DNA from: Hydrolagus affinis
Taxonomy: Eukaryota
Assembly (NCBI GenBank): GCA_012026655.1
Contig: JAAILG010000618.1
Location: 1 to 64,000 of the forward strand
DNA length: 64,000 bases
Direction: 5' to 3'
A program made the translations under genes and the position numbers. Below the pieces are notes generated by a model, which worked only from the letters and a program-made list of their open reading frames with translations, was not told the DNA's origin and ran no database searches. This document shows, one piece after another, positions 12,146 through 24,729 of this stretch (position 1 is its first letter; each line of letters opens with the position of its first letter).

Positions 12146-13774
12146 ACACTTTATCATTAACTGCATTCAGTTGGGGTATTCAGATCACCTGAGTTTGTCT
12201 GATTTTGAATCCAAGTGGTGTCTTCAGAAGTTGGTTGCCTTCAAAGTGATTAACACATGTCCAACATCATTTTGTTAACTCCTTTCTAAAGATTATGGAA
12301 CGGAGGTTCGCCATGGAGGTTGACTGGTTGCAATAGATTCATTTTTTAAATGGTTAATGGACAGAAATAAAAATTTATTGTTGTTGAGCCAGCCGATCTG
12401 GGAATAGCAGACATGTTATTATCAACTTTCCCATTCATGTTTCATTCTTTCTGCCTGATGTGACTTTACTGGGATGTAAATCCACTACCCAACAAAACAA
12501 AGCCAAACAGAGCACTAAAAGTGCCAGGCTTGATCCCCGAGTCTCTGCTGAGTCAGTTGAATTCAGGCAGGGCTCATTAGGAGCTCCACAATTAAACTCA
12601 GTGTGCTTCCATTCGCAGTGGGGGGTGGGGGGACGATAATATAATCCAGTAACTCCTGATGGAAAATGAGCATGTTTGTATGTACATTAGCTAAGGACTG
12701 TGGTACTTAATTGTTGTAGCGCTTAACCCCTTCCTCCCCCTTCCCTTTCCTCCTCTTAACCCAGTTAGCAAGATAGTATGACATTTGTTAGTAAAAAAAT
12801 AGCATTTATACTGCCTCATCATAGTGTTTCAAAAATGAGCGGCAATTACATCATTAGGGAAACTAGCTCAAGGGTGTTGTTGAGCCTGTTTGTATGTGGG
12901 AACTAAATTAGTATCAGCAGAGATGCACTTATTCACCTCGATTGTGTAATCTCTGCTACGTGTATGTCGATTTAGAATCATAGAATCTACGGCACAAAAG
13001 GAGGCCATTCGGCCCATCGAGTCTGTGCTGTATCCCTGGCACTTTCAGATTTAGTAAAATCTCTGAGTTAATTTCGTCAGCAGTATCAATTTGAATGAAA
13101 AATATTCATAAAGTTAATAAAAATGGAGTGATGAGGGCTGTTAGTTTAGCGGTAATTCAATCTTGTCTTCTTTAAAGGTTGTGAAACTGGCTCTTTAAGG
13201 AGATTAGATTGAAATTTTAATAGCATCTCATTTTGAAAAAGCAATGACTACTCCCTTCCCTTGTATTTTATAAATTATATTGAAGCATTTATCTGTAAGA
13301 ATATAGTTTCTGAAGTGAATTGCTTTACATCAGATAGACTAGGTCAGACGAAGGTTGCTATTTTATGTTATATAAAAGTCTTGTTCCATAAAACAGCAAA
13401 TTCATATGAAATTTGGTAATGACATTTGATAAATAATCCTCAGCATTTTCTGTGTCCCACCCCCCACTGTGTGCCAATTATTGACAAAATATGTGAGAAA
13501 ACCAATTATAACCTAAACAGTTTAAAGCTTTCTGCATATTACCGTTAGAACTGCGGTTAATGCATGCTGCCTGTGTAAAGAATTGGTGTGTTCGGAAGCT
13601 GATCTGTCAAGAAAAGATTTGAGGCTTAATAGAATCTTCACTCACAGCATCTTCGTGTGACTTGCCTATGTGCCAACCCACTCATTGTGTGAGTATGATT
13701 AAAAAGTCACATGTAAAGAACAGACACCATAGGCTGAGTTACTGTTATGGATTGTGTTAGTAACTAGGTTTTAT

Positions 13775-14455
13775 CCTTGCAACAACAACACATCCGTGCC
13801 ATGACCTGTTCTGCCTTCCCCCAACTCCGCGACATTGCCCGGCTCCATCATTGTCTCACACCGCAGGTCACTGAGATCCTCGTACTTGCATTCATAACAT
13901 CCAAGATCAACTACGTAAACTCTCTGTTTATCGGCCTCCTCAACTCCTCCCTCCACAGGCTGCAGATTATCTCTACACTCTGCAGCCTGGGTCCTCTCCC
14001 GCACCAGGCTTTGCGACCCTATCACAGGCTCCACTGGCTTCCCATCACACAGAAGATACAGTTCAAGAATCTTGGTCCTCATCTTCAAAGCCCTTCGTGG
14101 CCTTGTTCCCACCTACCTCAGCCACATCCTACTAACCTGCTCGCTTTCTCAGATTAGCAGGCTCCAGCCTGCTTCACGTCCCCCGCCTCGTCCGCCCCAC
14201 CATTGGCGGGCGCTTAATTTGCCACTCTGCCCCCATCCTCTGGAACTCCATTCCGCAGTCCCTCCACTTCACACCCTTCCTTGCTTCCTTCAAGACCTGC
14301 CTCTTCAGCCGTACCTTCGGTTACTCTCCTGCCCTCCACCCTCCCCTATCCTGACCCCCAGCTCTGGTCCGAAACACTGACAATCCAGGGCCTTGGGACG
14401 TCCTCCCAACGTGAAAGACCCTGTAGTTTTGTTGTTGTTGTTGTTGTTGTTGTTA
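13775..14455 (+). mobile_element. 5'-truncated L2 LINE
   Basis: QLRDIARLHHCLTPQVTEILVLAFITSKINYVNSLFIGL...LHWLPITQKIQFK, then tail ttgggacgtcctcccaacgtgaaag and (GTT)n. Confidence 0.88.
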
Positions 14456-15553
14456 TCCTGGTAGAAATCCCACCAAAAGAAAACTGAGCATTTTGTATAG
14501 AATTGTGCCACCGAATCAGGACCATAAATTTCACTGGAACTCTTACATTTTTCTACAGAAGAACCATCACTGAAAGAAATGGAAATTTATTGCACAAAAT
14601 TCCTTGCTGTGTTTCAAAGTAGAAAACGCTGTAGCAAATGCAAGGAGGCGTTCTGAGACGCCACCCGCCGTGGAGGGCATTATATAAATGCAAGTCATTG
14701 TTATTGTTCAAGTGGTTGTTTGTTTCATATTTTTAACCATTCATGAATGAAAGATTATTGAGTCATGGGAAAATAGGAAGAGGAGGCCAGTCAGCCCATT
14801 GTGCCAGTTCCACCTGTTTATTAGATCCGGTTAGATCTTTTAATCCCAATTGACTGCCATTTCACTATACCCTTCAATACATCGACGACCCATCTATCTC
14901 TCAGGTATCAACCCTATTGATTGTGCCTTTCTGTGGTAGTGCTTATTCACATCTTCACAACCATCTGTAAGAAGAAATCTGACCTCAGTTGTAACTCATC
15001 GTTCTGGTTTTAAGACTATTTCTCCTTGTATTGGATCCCTCCACCAGAGGAAAGAGTAGTTTGTTCACTAGTAGATATCTGGCTGACCACTCCCTGTGCC
15101 TTCAAAAAGGCAAAAAAAAATCATACCAGTCAATACGAACTCTGGTGTCCCCAAGGCCTTGGCTCTTGCCAAACTGTGCTTCATACATTATCGAATTAGG
15201 TAAGCAGGGTGTATCCTTCCAGAAGAGAGTGTGTATTCCATTCCAGACACACAGAACTCTCTGCATGTTGAACTGTAAGTCTGTTTTGAATACTGTTAAG
15301 AATCATGATAGGTTTCAGTTAAGTATGTGTCAGTTCACCAAAAGTACTGTCAAACCTGTCATTTCCTTTCATTATTTTAAATAATTCAATCACATTACCG
15401 CTTAACCAGCTCTCTGCTGTAAGGAATATAGCCTCTATCATCATGATCTATCAATAACAATCTGTGAAAATTTGTATTTTTTGAGAGAGAGAGAGAGAGA
15501 TGAGGAATGGGGGTAACCCATTTTACATTAATGCTATAAATGCACATAATACT

Positions 15554-15608
15554 TGGGACATCCTCCCGATGTGAAAGGCGCTATACAAATGTAATTTTGT
15601 TGTTGTTG
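15554..15608 (+). mobile_element. Minimal L2 3'-end insertion (stem-loop plus (TTG)n) with a 7-bp TSD
   Basis: taatact | tgggacatcctcccgatgtgaaaggcgctatacaaatgtaattttgttgttgttg | taatact (TSD at 15547-15553 and 15609-15615). Confidence 0.8.
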
Positions 15609-16447
15609 TAATACTCCAAGTAAAATACCTGAGGACATTATTGCACAATTGGATTGACCTCTATGAGGTAGTATTAATGCACAGAGAGTTGAGACAGTAT
15701 TTTGTGCTTTTAAAGCCTAGGCTTATCATTGCTTGTACTGTACATATGTTGATAAGGATTACTTTCAGGTCAATGAGCTACTTTCAACGGCAATGTGACC
15801 TTCAAAGGAAATTGTTCTTTATTCTTTTGCTCTCTGAAGCGCCTCTCTGAGTCTTGCTAAAAGGAATTAGGTAAGAATAAAGATTACTTCAGGGCGGATT
15901 TTTATATCAGGAAATACTCTGAACAAAGTCAAAAACTAAAGTCTGTGAATATATTGAATACATATACAGTACATATTTTCCATTTGTTACAACTGTTTTT
16001 TGTAGATAATTGTACTGCACAGAAATGCGGCAGCACAAGAACAATTGGTAGGAGGGTTTGAAATATTTGCGTTTATGGAGAAGGATTAGCTTTCCTGGGG
16101 TTTAGTGAGGAAAACAAATCAAAGTACTAAGAAAAGTGTTTCTTTAGATGCTGACATCAGCTCAGCTTTACCAAGTTCTGGTCTATTTGATAGACATGCA
16201 ACATTTACCTACTGGAGTGAAGAAATAAAATATAAAATTTGGAATATAAAGTAGTTTGCAGCAGGCACTTTAGTCTTCAAAAGCATAGGGAACTGCAGTA
16301 TTAAAACATTCTAAATTTGGGCCTATGAATCATTCCTGAAAGTCATTGATTTAATATAAATCGGAGGATTATTCAGCTTCATGAAGTATGATCTTTGGCA
16401 GCAGTCGGCAGTCAGCAGTTAACTATCATTTATTTGCAGGTATCAGT

Positions 16448-16850
16448 CTGGCTTATTTGGTAGCACTGCTCAGAGTGAGAAGGTTATGGGTTCAAACTCC
16501 ATGATCAGGACTTTGAGCTAATATAGTGCACTGGATTGTTGGAGGTGCATCCTTCTGATCTGATGTTAAATTGAGGTTCCTTCGATTATTTTTTTTAATG
16601 TTCAGGTGGACATTAAATATCTTGTGGCATTATTCAAAAGGATTGAGAGTTTCTCCCAGTGTCCTGGCCAATAATCCCCCGATATAATTAATCATTCACC
16701 TCATGGTTGTTTGTGGGACAGTGCGCAAATTGGCTGTCATGTTTGCCTACACATATACTGTCTTTACACTTCACCATAAAATCCTGTGTGAAGCACTTTG
16801 AGACATTTCAGCAAGGTGAAAAGCTGTTACATCAAATGCAAGGATTATAT
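16448..16850 (+). mobile_element. Deu-type SINE, full length
   Basis: tRNA-like head ggtagcact...gggttcaaactcc, Deu core ggaggtgc...gatgttaaa...caggtggacattaaa and tail atcaaatgcaaggatt. Confidence 0.75.
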
Positions 16851-18153
16851 CATTACCTGTATCCTAGCTGCATGACATATCCGTGACATAACTTTTACAT
16901 ATTTGAGGAGATGCAATGCAGAGGGTATTGATGCAGAAAGGTTTCCGATTGCATTCCAGAAAATGAGAAGTCCCAAAAAAGAAGCATTGTAGGTTTGGAA
17001 GAAAAGATTTAGACAAGGTGACACTGAGAGAGTTGTTTTGAAACACATTTCTCACCACCTGCAAAATAGTTATGACCTAAATTTAAATTGCTGTTAAATG
17101 GTACCTCAGGCCTTTGGCGTAAATTTGCACTGCAAACTTGATGTCTCCATCGTTTTACAGCATAATGTTCATTTGGGGAAATGAACACAATGCTGTAAAA
17201 CAATGGAGACATCAAGGTTGATTCAGATATTATATTATAGTCCTGAACTAACAGTAATGTCTGTATGACCTTCTGCCAATGACCTCAAAATACATTCAAG
17301 ATAGCAGGGTAATGTTATTGTCCAATCCAAACTAGAAAGTTGAATTAATTCCATCATTCATGACACAGAGCCCCTTGTAGTTTATAGCTCCTAATCATAT
17401 AAATAACAGCGCTTCCCAAAGAGAAGCGATTCTTGATCACAGGTTTTGTAGTGGTGCATCCTGAGGATAAAAGTTATCTGAGTGTTAAATGCCAATGTGT
17501 CAAGTTTTATTTTCATAGCCTTGGCAAATATTGCCTTCTTGTTTATTAAATGCTGCCAAACAGGATCCAGTGAATGAAGCAAGAGAGGACTGCAACCTGA
17601 TTGCATTCTGTTCTTTTCTATATGTCTGACATGTCACTCATTGCTACTGTGGACTATTATAAATAAACTTCGGGTCTGTAATTGAGTCATGTTCAATTCA
17701 TATAAGTTTCTGGGGAAAACATTTTTTAATGTTCTGTAATACATTAAATAAGATATTAAAATCTGGTGATTAGAATTATACAGTACAGAAGGAGCCATTT
17801 GGCCCATTGTGTCTGTGCCGGCTCTTTGAAAAACGCTGTCCAAATAAATCACATTCCCCTGTTCTCTCCTCATAGCCCTGCCAACTTGTCCTCCTCAAAT
17901 AATTATCTACATCTTAATTGTGAGGTAATAAACCTGAATAATAGATTGTGGAAAGTCAGAAGTTGTGAGAATGAAACAACAACAACAACAACTTCGATTT
18001 ATATAGTGCCCTCCACGCTGGACGGCGTCTCAGAGCGCTTAAAAGAGAGTTGAGGTGCTATTTTCCATGTGTGTACATTTACCGGTGGTGATAGTGAGCA
18101 AAAGTTGTCTCAATTTATGGGCGTTTAATGGTTCTACCAGGGTTAGCTTATAT

Positions 18154-18431
18154 CAGTGGCTTCTAATCTTTGAATAGCGGTGCCCCCAACTAACTCAGCA
18201 ACGTTTTTGTTGCGCCCCCAACTCCTTCACACTCGGCTCCACACTCGGGTCCTCGACTCCGCACACTTGACTGACTCCACCCTTGGCTGCTGGGGCGGGG
18301 GCAACTGACTGCCTCAGCTCCACTCGGGTCCTCGGCTCTGCCTCAACTCCACACGTACTCAGAGGCTCGAGATTCTAAAGCTCTGTACCCTCCCATCCAA
18401 CGGTACGCGCCCCGAAGTTTGGAAACCACTA
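18154..18431. mobile_element. hAT-Charlie-like MITE
   Basis: Ends are cagtggcttctaatctt and aagtttggaaaccacta. Exact 8-bp TSD GCTTATAT (18146-18153 and 18432-18439). Internal ctccacactcgg repeats. Confidence 0.85.
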
Positions 18432-19565
18432 GCTTATATCATGAAAAAAACATCATAAAGTGCACAAAGATAGTTAGGGCTGGTAAATATACTGACAAGC
18501 AGGCCACAAAATGTCCACACCATTGAGGAAATGTTTGTCGATACTGCTTATCTATTGCTGCCTTTTTCTTAAGGAAAAATGGTTGGTAGGACGCCGGGGG
18601 TCCTTAACTAGATAATAACACTCCATGCTTTGATGGTCTATGTAAATCTGGTAGTGAGGTTGAACAGGACTTACTGCATGAAATATACTTTTGTCCACTG
18701 CTAGTCTGATGTAATGAGGACATTGCATGAACAATAAGAGAATAAGAACAATAAACCTCAGAGGAAACCGAGGCAGCGACAATCCATCTGCCTATAGTAC
18801 TGTACTCTGTAAATACTGTTTGCCAAGTATTTTATTCTGCAGGTGGCGTTGATTACCTAACACTGATGAATTAGTTTTTTCAGATCCACTTTGCTTGCTG
18901 AATGAAATGGGTGTGCATTGTTCCCCATTTAGTATTCTGTTAGCTACAATGGACGCTCGATTATCTGTCACATTAGAGGAGACTTTCCTGGTGGTTGATT
19001 AAAATTGTCGAATAATCAAGGTCCTGCCAAGTGAGAAGACATCAACTTTGTCCCACAGTTACTGTGCTGATGTACAGCATGTTCAGGTAGATAACTGGTG
19101 CAAGAATCATAATTTTTGACTTTAAACCCAGCATGAAAACCTATCATTTTGACAGTGCTGATGGTCACCTTCCCCTTCCCTCTTCTCCCTTGTCCGGTGT
19201 CCAATTCTGTGATTATGTAGGGCTCTTATCCTATAGGAAGGATGGTTTTCTTTTTTGTCTAGCCAGGTGTCTGGTACATGCGGAAACCCATCACCAGATT
19301 AAGAATATCCAAACCAAGCTGAGAATTCCATGCAACCCACTTACACATGGAAATTCCAAAGATGCTTATTGGATTGCACGCTCTATCCTACTAGGGTTGC
19401 ACCCTCCTTTCCTAATTCCAGAAAGGATTAGGTGCAGGTTGGCAAGAGGAAAGGGTGGGGCCCCCAGAGTGCATGTTGGGGTACTGTCAGAGTATAACCA
19501 TCTAAAACTGCATAGTTTGCCATTGCCATTGAGAGCAAGCTTTCCTGCTGCTTGTCCAACTAGGT

Positions 19566-19890
19566 GGAGCTCCTGTGGCTCAGTGTTTAGAGCACTTGTC
19601 TTGCAAGCTGGGGAGACCAAGCTGGGGAGACCTGTGTTCAAATCCAGGCAGGTCAGGGCGAAACCTTGGACAAGTTTCCTTACTCCACACGCCTAGTAAT
19701 AATCCCTCCAAAAAAACCACAATAATAAAATTGGTCATTTCAATCCATGACTGTGTGTGGGACACTGCTGTGCACAATTGGCTGCCATAATTTCACAAAT
19801 ATATACAGTCACTTCACTTTACAATATATTCTGTGAACCGCTTTGGGACATTGATAAGATTGGAAAACGCTATATCAAATGCAAGGTTAT
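19566..19890 (+). mobile_element. Young tRNA-derived SINE (SINE2-1_CM-like), full length
   Basis: ggagctcctgtggctcagtgtttagagcac...gtgttcaaatccaggcaggtcagggcgaaacc...atatcaaatgcaagg, with a small internal tandem duplication (caagctggggagac x2). Confidence 0.85.
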
Positions 19891-19899
19891 ATATATATA

Positions 19900-20580
19900 G
19901 GACCACTTTACCCATTAGGGCTTTGGCTTACAGGGTTAATAGGAGTTGAATGGAAGAGTTCCTGCACCAGTGACTGGTCTGCCCTTCCAAGTCCTGTCGA
20001 TGAGCAGGTCTGGCTGGGCTGACATCAGCAGTGCCCAGGAATATTACGGACCCAACTATCTAAGGAACCGGACTATTGAGATCGCCCCAGAGGGTGGGCT
20101 TAATTACGATATTCCATTGGCAATCATGTTATGGAGCCAGTTCAGCGCCAAGGACAACCCACTTATCTCCCTCTCCTACAGGAGTAGTCACTAGTTGGTC
20201 ATTTGACATCCGACAAGAGCAGGTTTGAGCCCTCACCAGGTGGATGGTGGGTACTACCAGCAACTTGCTCCAAGTTTCCTGGTGGGCCACACAGCTCAGC
20301 ATGAAATGTATGAGAGCATCACCACCATCTTCCTGTCTACAGCTTGGACACATATCCCTTCCCTTAGCAGCTGCTAACCTCTCTGCAGGCTAATCAAGGT
20401 GGATTCCAAGCGCTTGTTTATGAATTTGTGTTCACCAACATATCTTTAGGCTCTGCCGTCCAGTAGTTGCCCCAAACCTCAGAGTTTACTCATCAGCTCT
20501 ATAGCAGATGTCTGCCTTCAGCACGGTGAGAGGATCTTTACTGGATAGCATTCGCTATACCAGCCACCTTGATGTTCTCA
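19900..20580 (-). mobile_element. 3' end of an unassigned non-LTR retrotransposon with a C-terminal zinc-knuckle-like motif
   Basis: The minus strand encodes CPSCRQEDGGDALIHFMLSC (Cx2C...Hx4C), the typical C-terminal motif of LINE ORF2 proteins. The adjacent sequence recurs at ~2820, ~30910 and ~50260. Confidence 0.55.
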
Positions 20581-23189
20581 AGGTCGAAGGACACTATATA
20601 AATGCAAGTTATTTTTATGAATGTTTCTGTTTACCATTGTTTATTGACTGATTAAAATGGATAAGCAACTTGCAGAATTACCTGCCATTGTTACACTGGC
20701 TCCAGCGTGAACTGAATGCCTCGTGCTCTATCTATCGCAAATACTCCAGAATGCTACTCCACATGAAGGGTGCTATATAAATGAAAATTAAATGCAAGTT
20801 ATTGTAGACCACAATATCTTTTCCTGTCCACTCCAGTAAATTCTTATATTCCCAGGATCTGGACATAAAAACAACAATAGATAGATAACCTCAGTCTCAC
20901 TGGAAGAAGATGTTTAAAGCCTGAAATTCCACCTAGACGTAGGATGCAAGAACATTGTGGTCTTAGAATTTATGGTCATGCAGAATCATGTAAAACTCTT
21001 AAATTCAATCCTATGTTAAAAGCAATTTATTTTCATATATTGCAGGAAGTGGCTTCCAAATGGATTGAATGGTAGGAATTTTCTTCAATTCTGCATAACC
21101 CTGAATATAATTACAGTGAGTCTTAAGAGTCACGGAGATTGGACTGGGGGAACACTGCTGTGGATATTGCAGACAAGACCATTATACCATGACTAAATTA
21201 TTTTGATATGAAAATAATAACAATGGATTGTGCGAAAATTTTCTACGGTGGCATAAATATCTTACTCAAAACTCATTGCCTATTGTGTCAGATCTAACAT
21301 TGACTGTTCTGGTGTAGCTCTTTTCCTTAATATTTTCTATTCCTGTCCATCTTAGACCATCTGTAAGAGCAACAGGAGATTGGAAGGATACAAATGTGTC
21401 AGAAGTGTCAGCTCCTTTTGATAGACGAACAGAGCATCATTAGACTTCGGAACACGAGTTTAGCTCTTTTAAAGAGCAGATTTGTTCCTGGAAGGTCGGA
21501 ATACAGGGGAGCAGCTTCCATCCCTTATGTAGTATTTACCCAGTCGACCTGACTGCAGTCAAATTTGAAGAGAGAGAAAATTGGTTAGCAGCCTGTGGAG
21601 TTTCTGACAAGCCATATTTCCCGAAAAACAAAACACAATTATCTCCTTCAAAAGCAAAAATCCAGTGTATTTAAATTCAGCGGATGGTTTCAGGAATGTT
21701 CAAGTTATTTAATCTTCTGAACAAAGAACAGTTTTGAGTCATTTTGAGCACTTTTACTAGCATCTGTAAGTGAATGATACAAACAGTCTATGTTGAGGCT
21801 GACAATTTAGTCCAAGTATGATTTGGGAAATTTGGGATCGTTTGGAAGAATCAGAGGTTACCTCATAAAGATGTATACATTTTTAAATAGGATTGAAAAA
21901 AGTAAACACAGAGAAATACAGTCCAATAAGTGATTACAGGTTTTGGGTTGCAAAGGACAATTTCAGACAGACACTAGGAGGTATTTCTTTGCCTAGAGGT
22001 AAATAATGACTGAAATGGGTGACCAGGAAGGATAGTTGAGGCCAGGTCTCTGGACTCATTAATGGGAAAACTATAAGGTGGGTATTCTAAAAGAAAGCGA
22101 TCAAATGTATGAAGAACCTTATTCATATAAATCTTTCTTGTGATCTTGTAAAACAAACCCACTGTTTAACAGTCTTAATTCATGTTTTTTCGGCCGAACT
22201 TAACTCAGCCATAAAGACTCCAGTGCTCAACCTGCATCTCAACTCCTGTCCTACAGACCAGACCCACAACATTGCCTGTGTTTTTTGTTACACTAGAGAA
22301 CCTTTCAAAGCTTTGGAAGTTTGAAATGTAAAGATGTATGGAGATGTTTCCATCAGGTGTGCTGCAACACCTAGTCCTTTTCTGTTTCTTTAATTGTTGT
22401 AGAGCAGGGTGGACCAACTAGCGACCCGCGGGAATGATTTCATCCTTTGTGCTTTCACCTCGCTCTCACCTATCCTCTATCCCATTCTGCATGGGCTCCC
22501 AGTCCATCTATGTGAAGTACGTTGAGACGTGCTGGTACGTAAAATGAATAAAAGGTATTTTATGGCTTCCCGGGAAACTATAATTTCAGAAATGAAATTA
22601 TCTGAATATTGTACAAGTGGTTTAAATCACAAAAATGCCGTAAAGCATTGCGGTTGGAGATTACTAATGTATTTGATAGGATGGTATTATGGTTGAAAAT
22701 ACAGTATTCACAACTTGGATTTGCGAACTATGGGAAACATCGAACAGTGCTAGTAACTAAACACACAGGCACACAGCTCCGGCCCTCCCAGAAAGACACT
22801 GTGTTGGAATGGCACTTTCACTTGTCACAATGACCCACATCTATTTCCTGACACCATTCGATTTTTATCAATCTGCACATTTAGATTGCAGCCTGCAAAT
22901 TTTAGGCTGGCCAAGAACACATTTTAAATGTCACCAAGTACAGTATATCAGGTTTGAAATGCTATTTGATATCACAAGTTTATTCTTGTAAGGTTTTATT
23001 CAGTTTGCTTCATTCATTTTTTTTCTTTTTAGTTAAAAACAAAAATATAATCTTTGTATATCATTAGGCAAGTCTTTGCAATATAAAAAAACATTTTTAG
23101 AAGCATATCTAGAATATATACCTGGATTGTCCCTTGTCCACTTTCCTCTACCAAAGGAGGCAAGGGACAATCCAGCCCTGTTTTCAGCC

Positions 23190-23345
23190 ACTATATTCCT
23201 AAAACTCTGGAACTCCCTGCCTCAATCCCTCTGTCTTGCCCCCTCCTTGTCTGTCTTCAAATCACAGCTTCTGTTTTGATCGTGCCTACAGTGACCTCTC
23301 TCTCCCTGGCTCCGTGTCAGCTTCCGTCATTGTAAGGTGCTCCAA
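23190..23345 (+). mobile_element. L2 3' fragment
   Basis: KLWNSLPQSLCLAPSLSVFKSQL, the characteristic L2 ORF2 C-terminus. Confidence 0.7.
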
Positions 23346-24054
23346 GAACCTACAAGCTCTGAATTACAGTGCAGATCTAACCTAACCCTAACCCTTTAAG
23401 TATTTGTTGTGTGCAATGCACATGAAGAAATAGAATAATTCTACCAACCTTCGCAAAATATCAGGAGAGTGAAATAAAAATAAAGTTTTGGGGAAAAAAA
23501 CTCAATTATAGAGACTTTCCACTGATCGATGAGTGAGTAACTAAAACGAAAAGATGAAAAGCATCATAAGGAGAGGAATGAAAATGAGAGGGGGGAGCTT
23601 AAAAGATGTTTTACACAGAGAGTTATGGGAATGTGGAATACTTTTTCTGCAAATGGCGGATGAAGCTCAGCCTCTAATAACAGTTCAAAGTGATTTGAAT
23701 TAACAAGTGAGGCAAAATATCATTGAGAGGAATGGTAAGGAGCATCAGAGTGGGATTAATGTAGAGAGTATCAGTGGGTGAGCTGGCACCAGCACGGACA
23801 CTTTAGACTGAATGGCCACTATCTGTGCAGTAATTTCTTTGATTCAAAACAATGATATTTAAATAGCATTCAGCATCTAGTTTCAAAACGCCAATCATGT
23901 GGGTTTCCTGGATTTGCTGATGAAAAATCAATAACCGCCCAGACTATAGGGATTGGATCTGAATCTCCAATTATACAAGATTGCTGCTCTGTTGGCCAAT
24001 ATATTAAAATCGTGGGAGAAATTGCAGCTGGGCCTATACTTAGACTATTGCCTT

Positions 24055-24398
24055 AATAATAATAATAAAGGATATACTGTGACAGTATTTTGTAAGTGAA
24101 ATATGGCTGCTCATTTCTACACTCCATTATCCCTCTAATGCCTATGAAGTGAGTGACCAATTTTATTTGGGGAGATTGTTGAAGACACTGGGAGAAACCC
24201 TTTTCTCTTTTGGAATAGTGGTATGGGATTCCAACATCCACCCGAACCGGCACATGGGACCTTAGTTTAATATTTCACCCAAAGGACGGCATTCTGGGAT
24301 TGCACTGGGATGTCAGACTATTTGAGTTCAAAGTCCCAATGTGGGCTCAAACCCACAACCTTCTTCCTCGAAGACGAGAGTGCTACCAACTGAGCCAA
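24055..24398 (-). mobile_element. Deu-type SINE
   Basis: The reverse complement begins cttggctcagttggtagcactctcgtcttcgaggaagaaggttgtgggtttgagcccac and continues into the Deu core. Confidence 0.7.
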
Positions 24399-24555
24399 GT
24401 TGACACCTGACACATTACTTACTGGAGTTGAGGATAATTTGTTTTTGAACACCAGGGGAGAACATTCAGTTTGTGGTGCTTTCCAGACAGCATATCGTCT
24501 GGCAAAGTAATTTACGAGTTGCGTTAAACCTTACCCGTCCTCTTCTGTCCTGCAG

Positions 24556-24729
24556 CTTTACACGAAGCTCAAGTGTGATGACTCCCCATTGCTGGATCAC
24601 ACGGAGCAGCTCCTGGCAGAGCTGGGAGGTACTGAGGACTCGGATCCTTCAGACGATGAACAGCCTCCCACTGAGGATGTCCAGGATGACTTTATGGAAA
24701 GCAGTGACGAGGAGGAAATGGAACAGTGA
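24556..24729 (+). CDS. si:dkey-12j5.1: Terminal coding exon of an ACL4-like TPR protein (probable assembly chaperone of ribosomal protein Rpl4/uL4)
   Basis: A polypyrimidine tract and acceptor (cctcttctgtcctgcag, AG at 24554-24555) precede a phase-0 open frame LYTKLKCDDSPLLDHTEQLLAELGGTEDSDPSDDEQPPTEDVQDDFMESSDEEEMEQ*. This matches my recollection of the fish ACL4-like C-terminus (LYSKLRCDDQPMLEHTEQLLGELGG plus an acidic tail ending in ME-x). It is absent from the ORF track because the exon has no start codon. No upstream exon was found in the window. Confidence 0.85.
   Translation, partial: LYTKLKCDDSPLLDHTEQLLAELGGTEDSDPSDDEQPPTEDVQDDFMESSDEEEMEQ

Noticed and set aside
19133-19696. 187-aa ORF, the longest in the track
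   Set aside because: It has no recognisable domain or splice structure, and its 3' part runs into a SINE head.
22406-22432. hAT-Charlie-like terminus cagggtggaccaactagcgacccgcggg
   Set aside because: No matching second TIR or TSD was found.
23377-23395. Telomere-like ctaacctaaccctaaccct
   Set aside because: Only about three imperfect units, too short to call an interstitial telomeric sequence.
24525-24540. aaccttaccc as a U12-type branch point, or GG|GTAAGG as an antisense splice donor
   Set aside because: It is an imperfect match to TCCTTAAC, the 5' splice site is outside the window, a normal polypyrimidine tract is present, and nothing supports an antisense exon.
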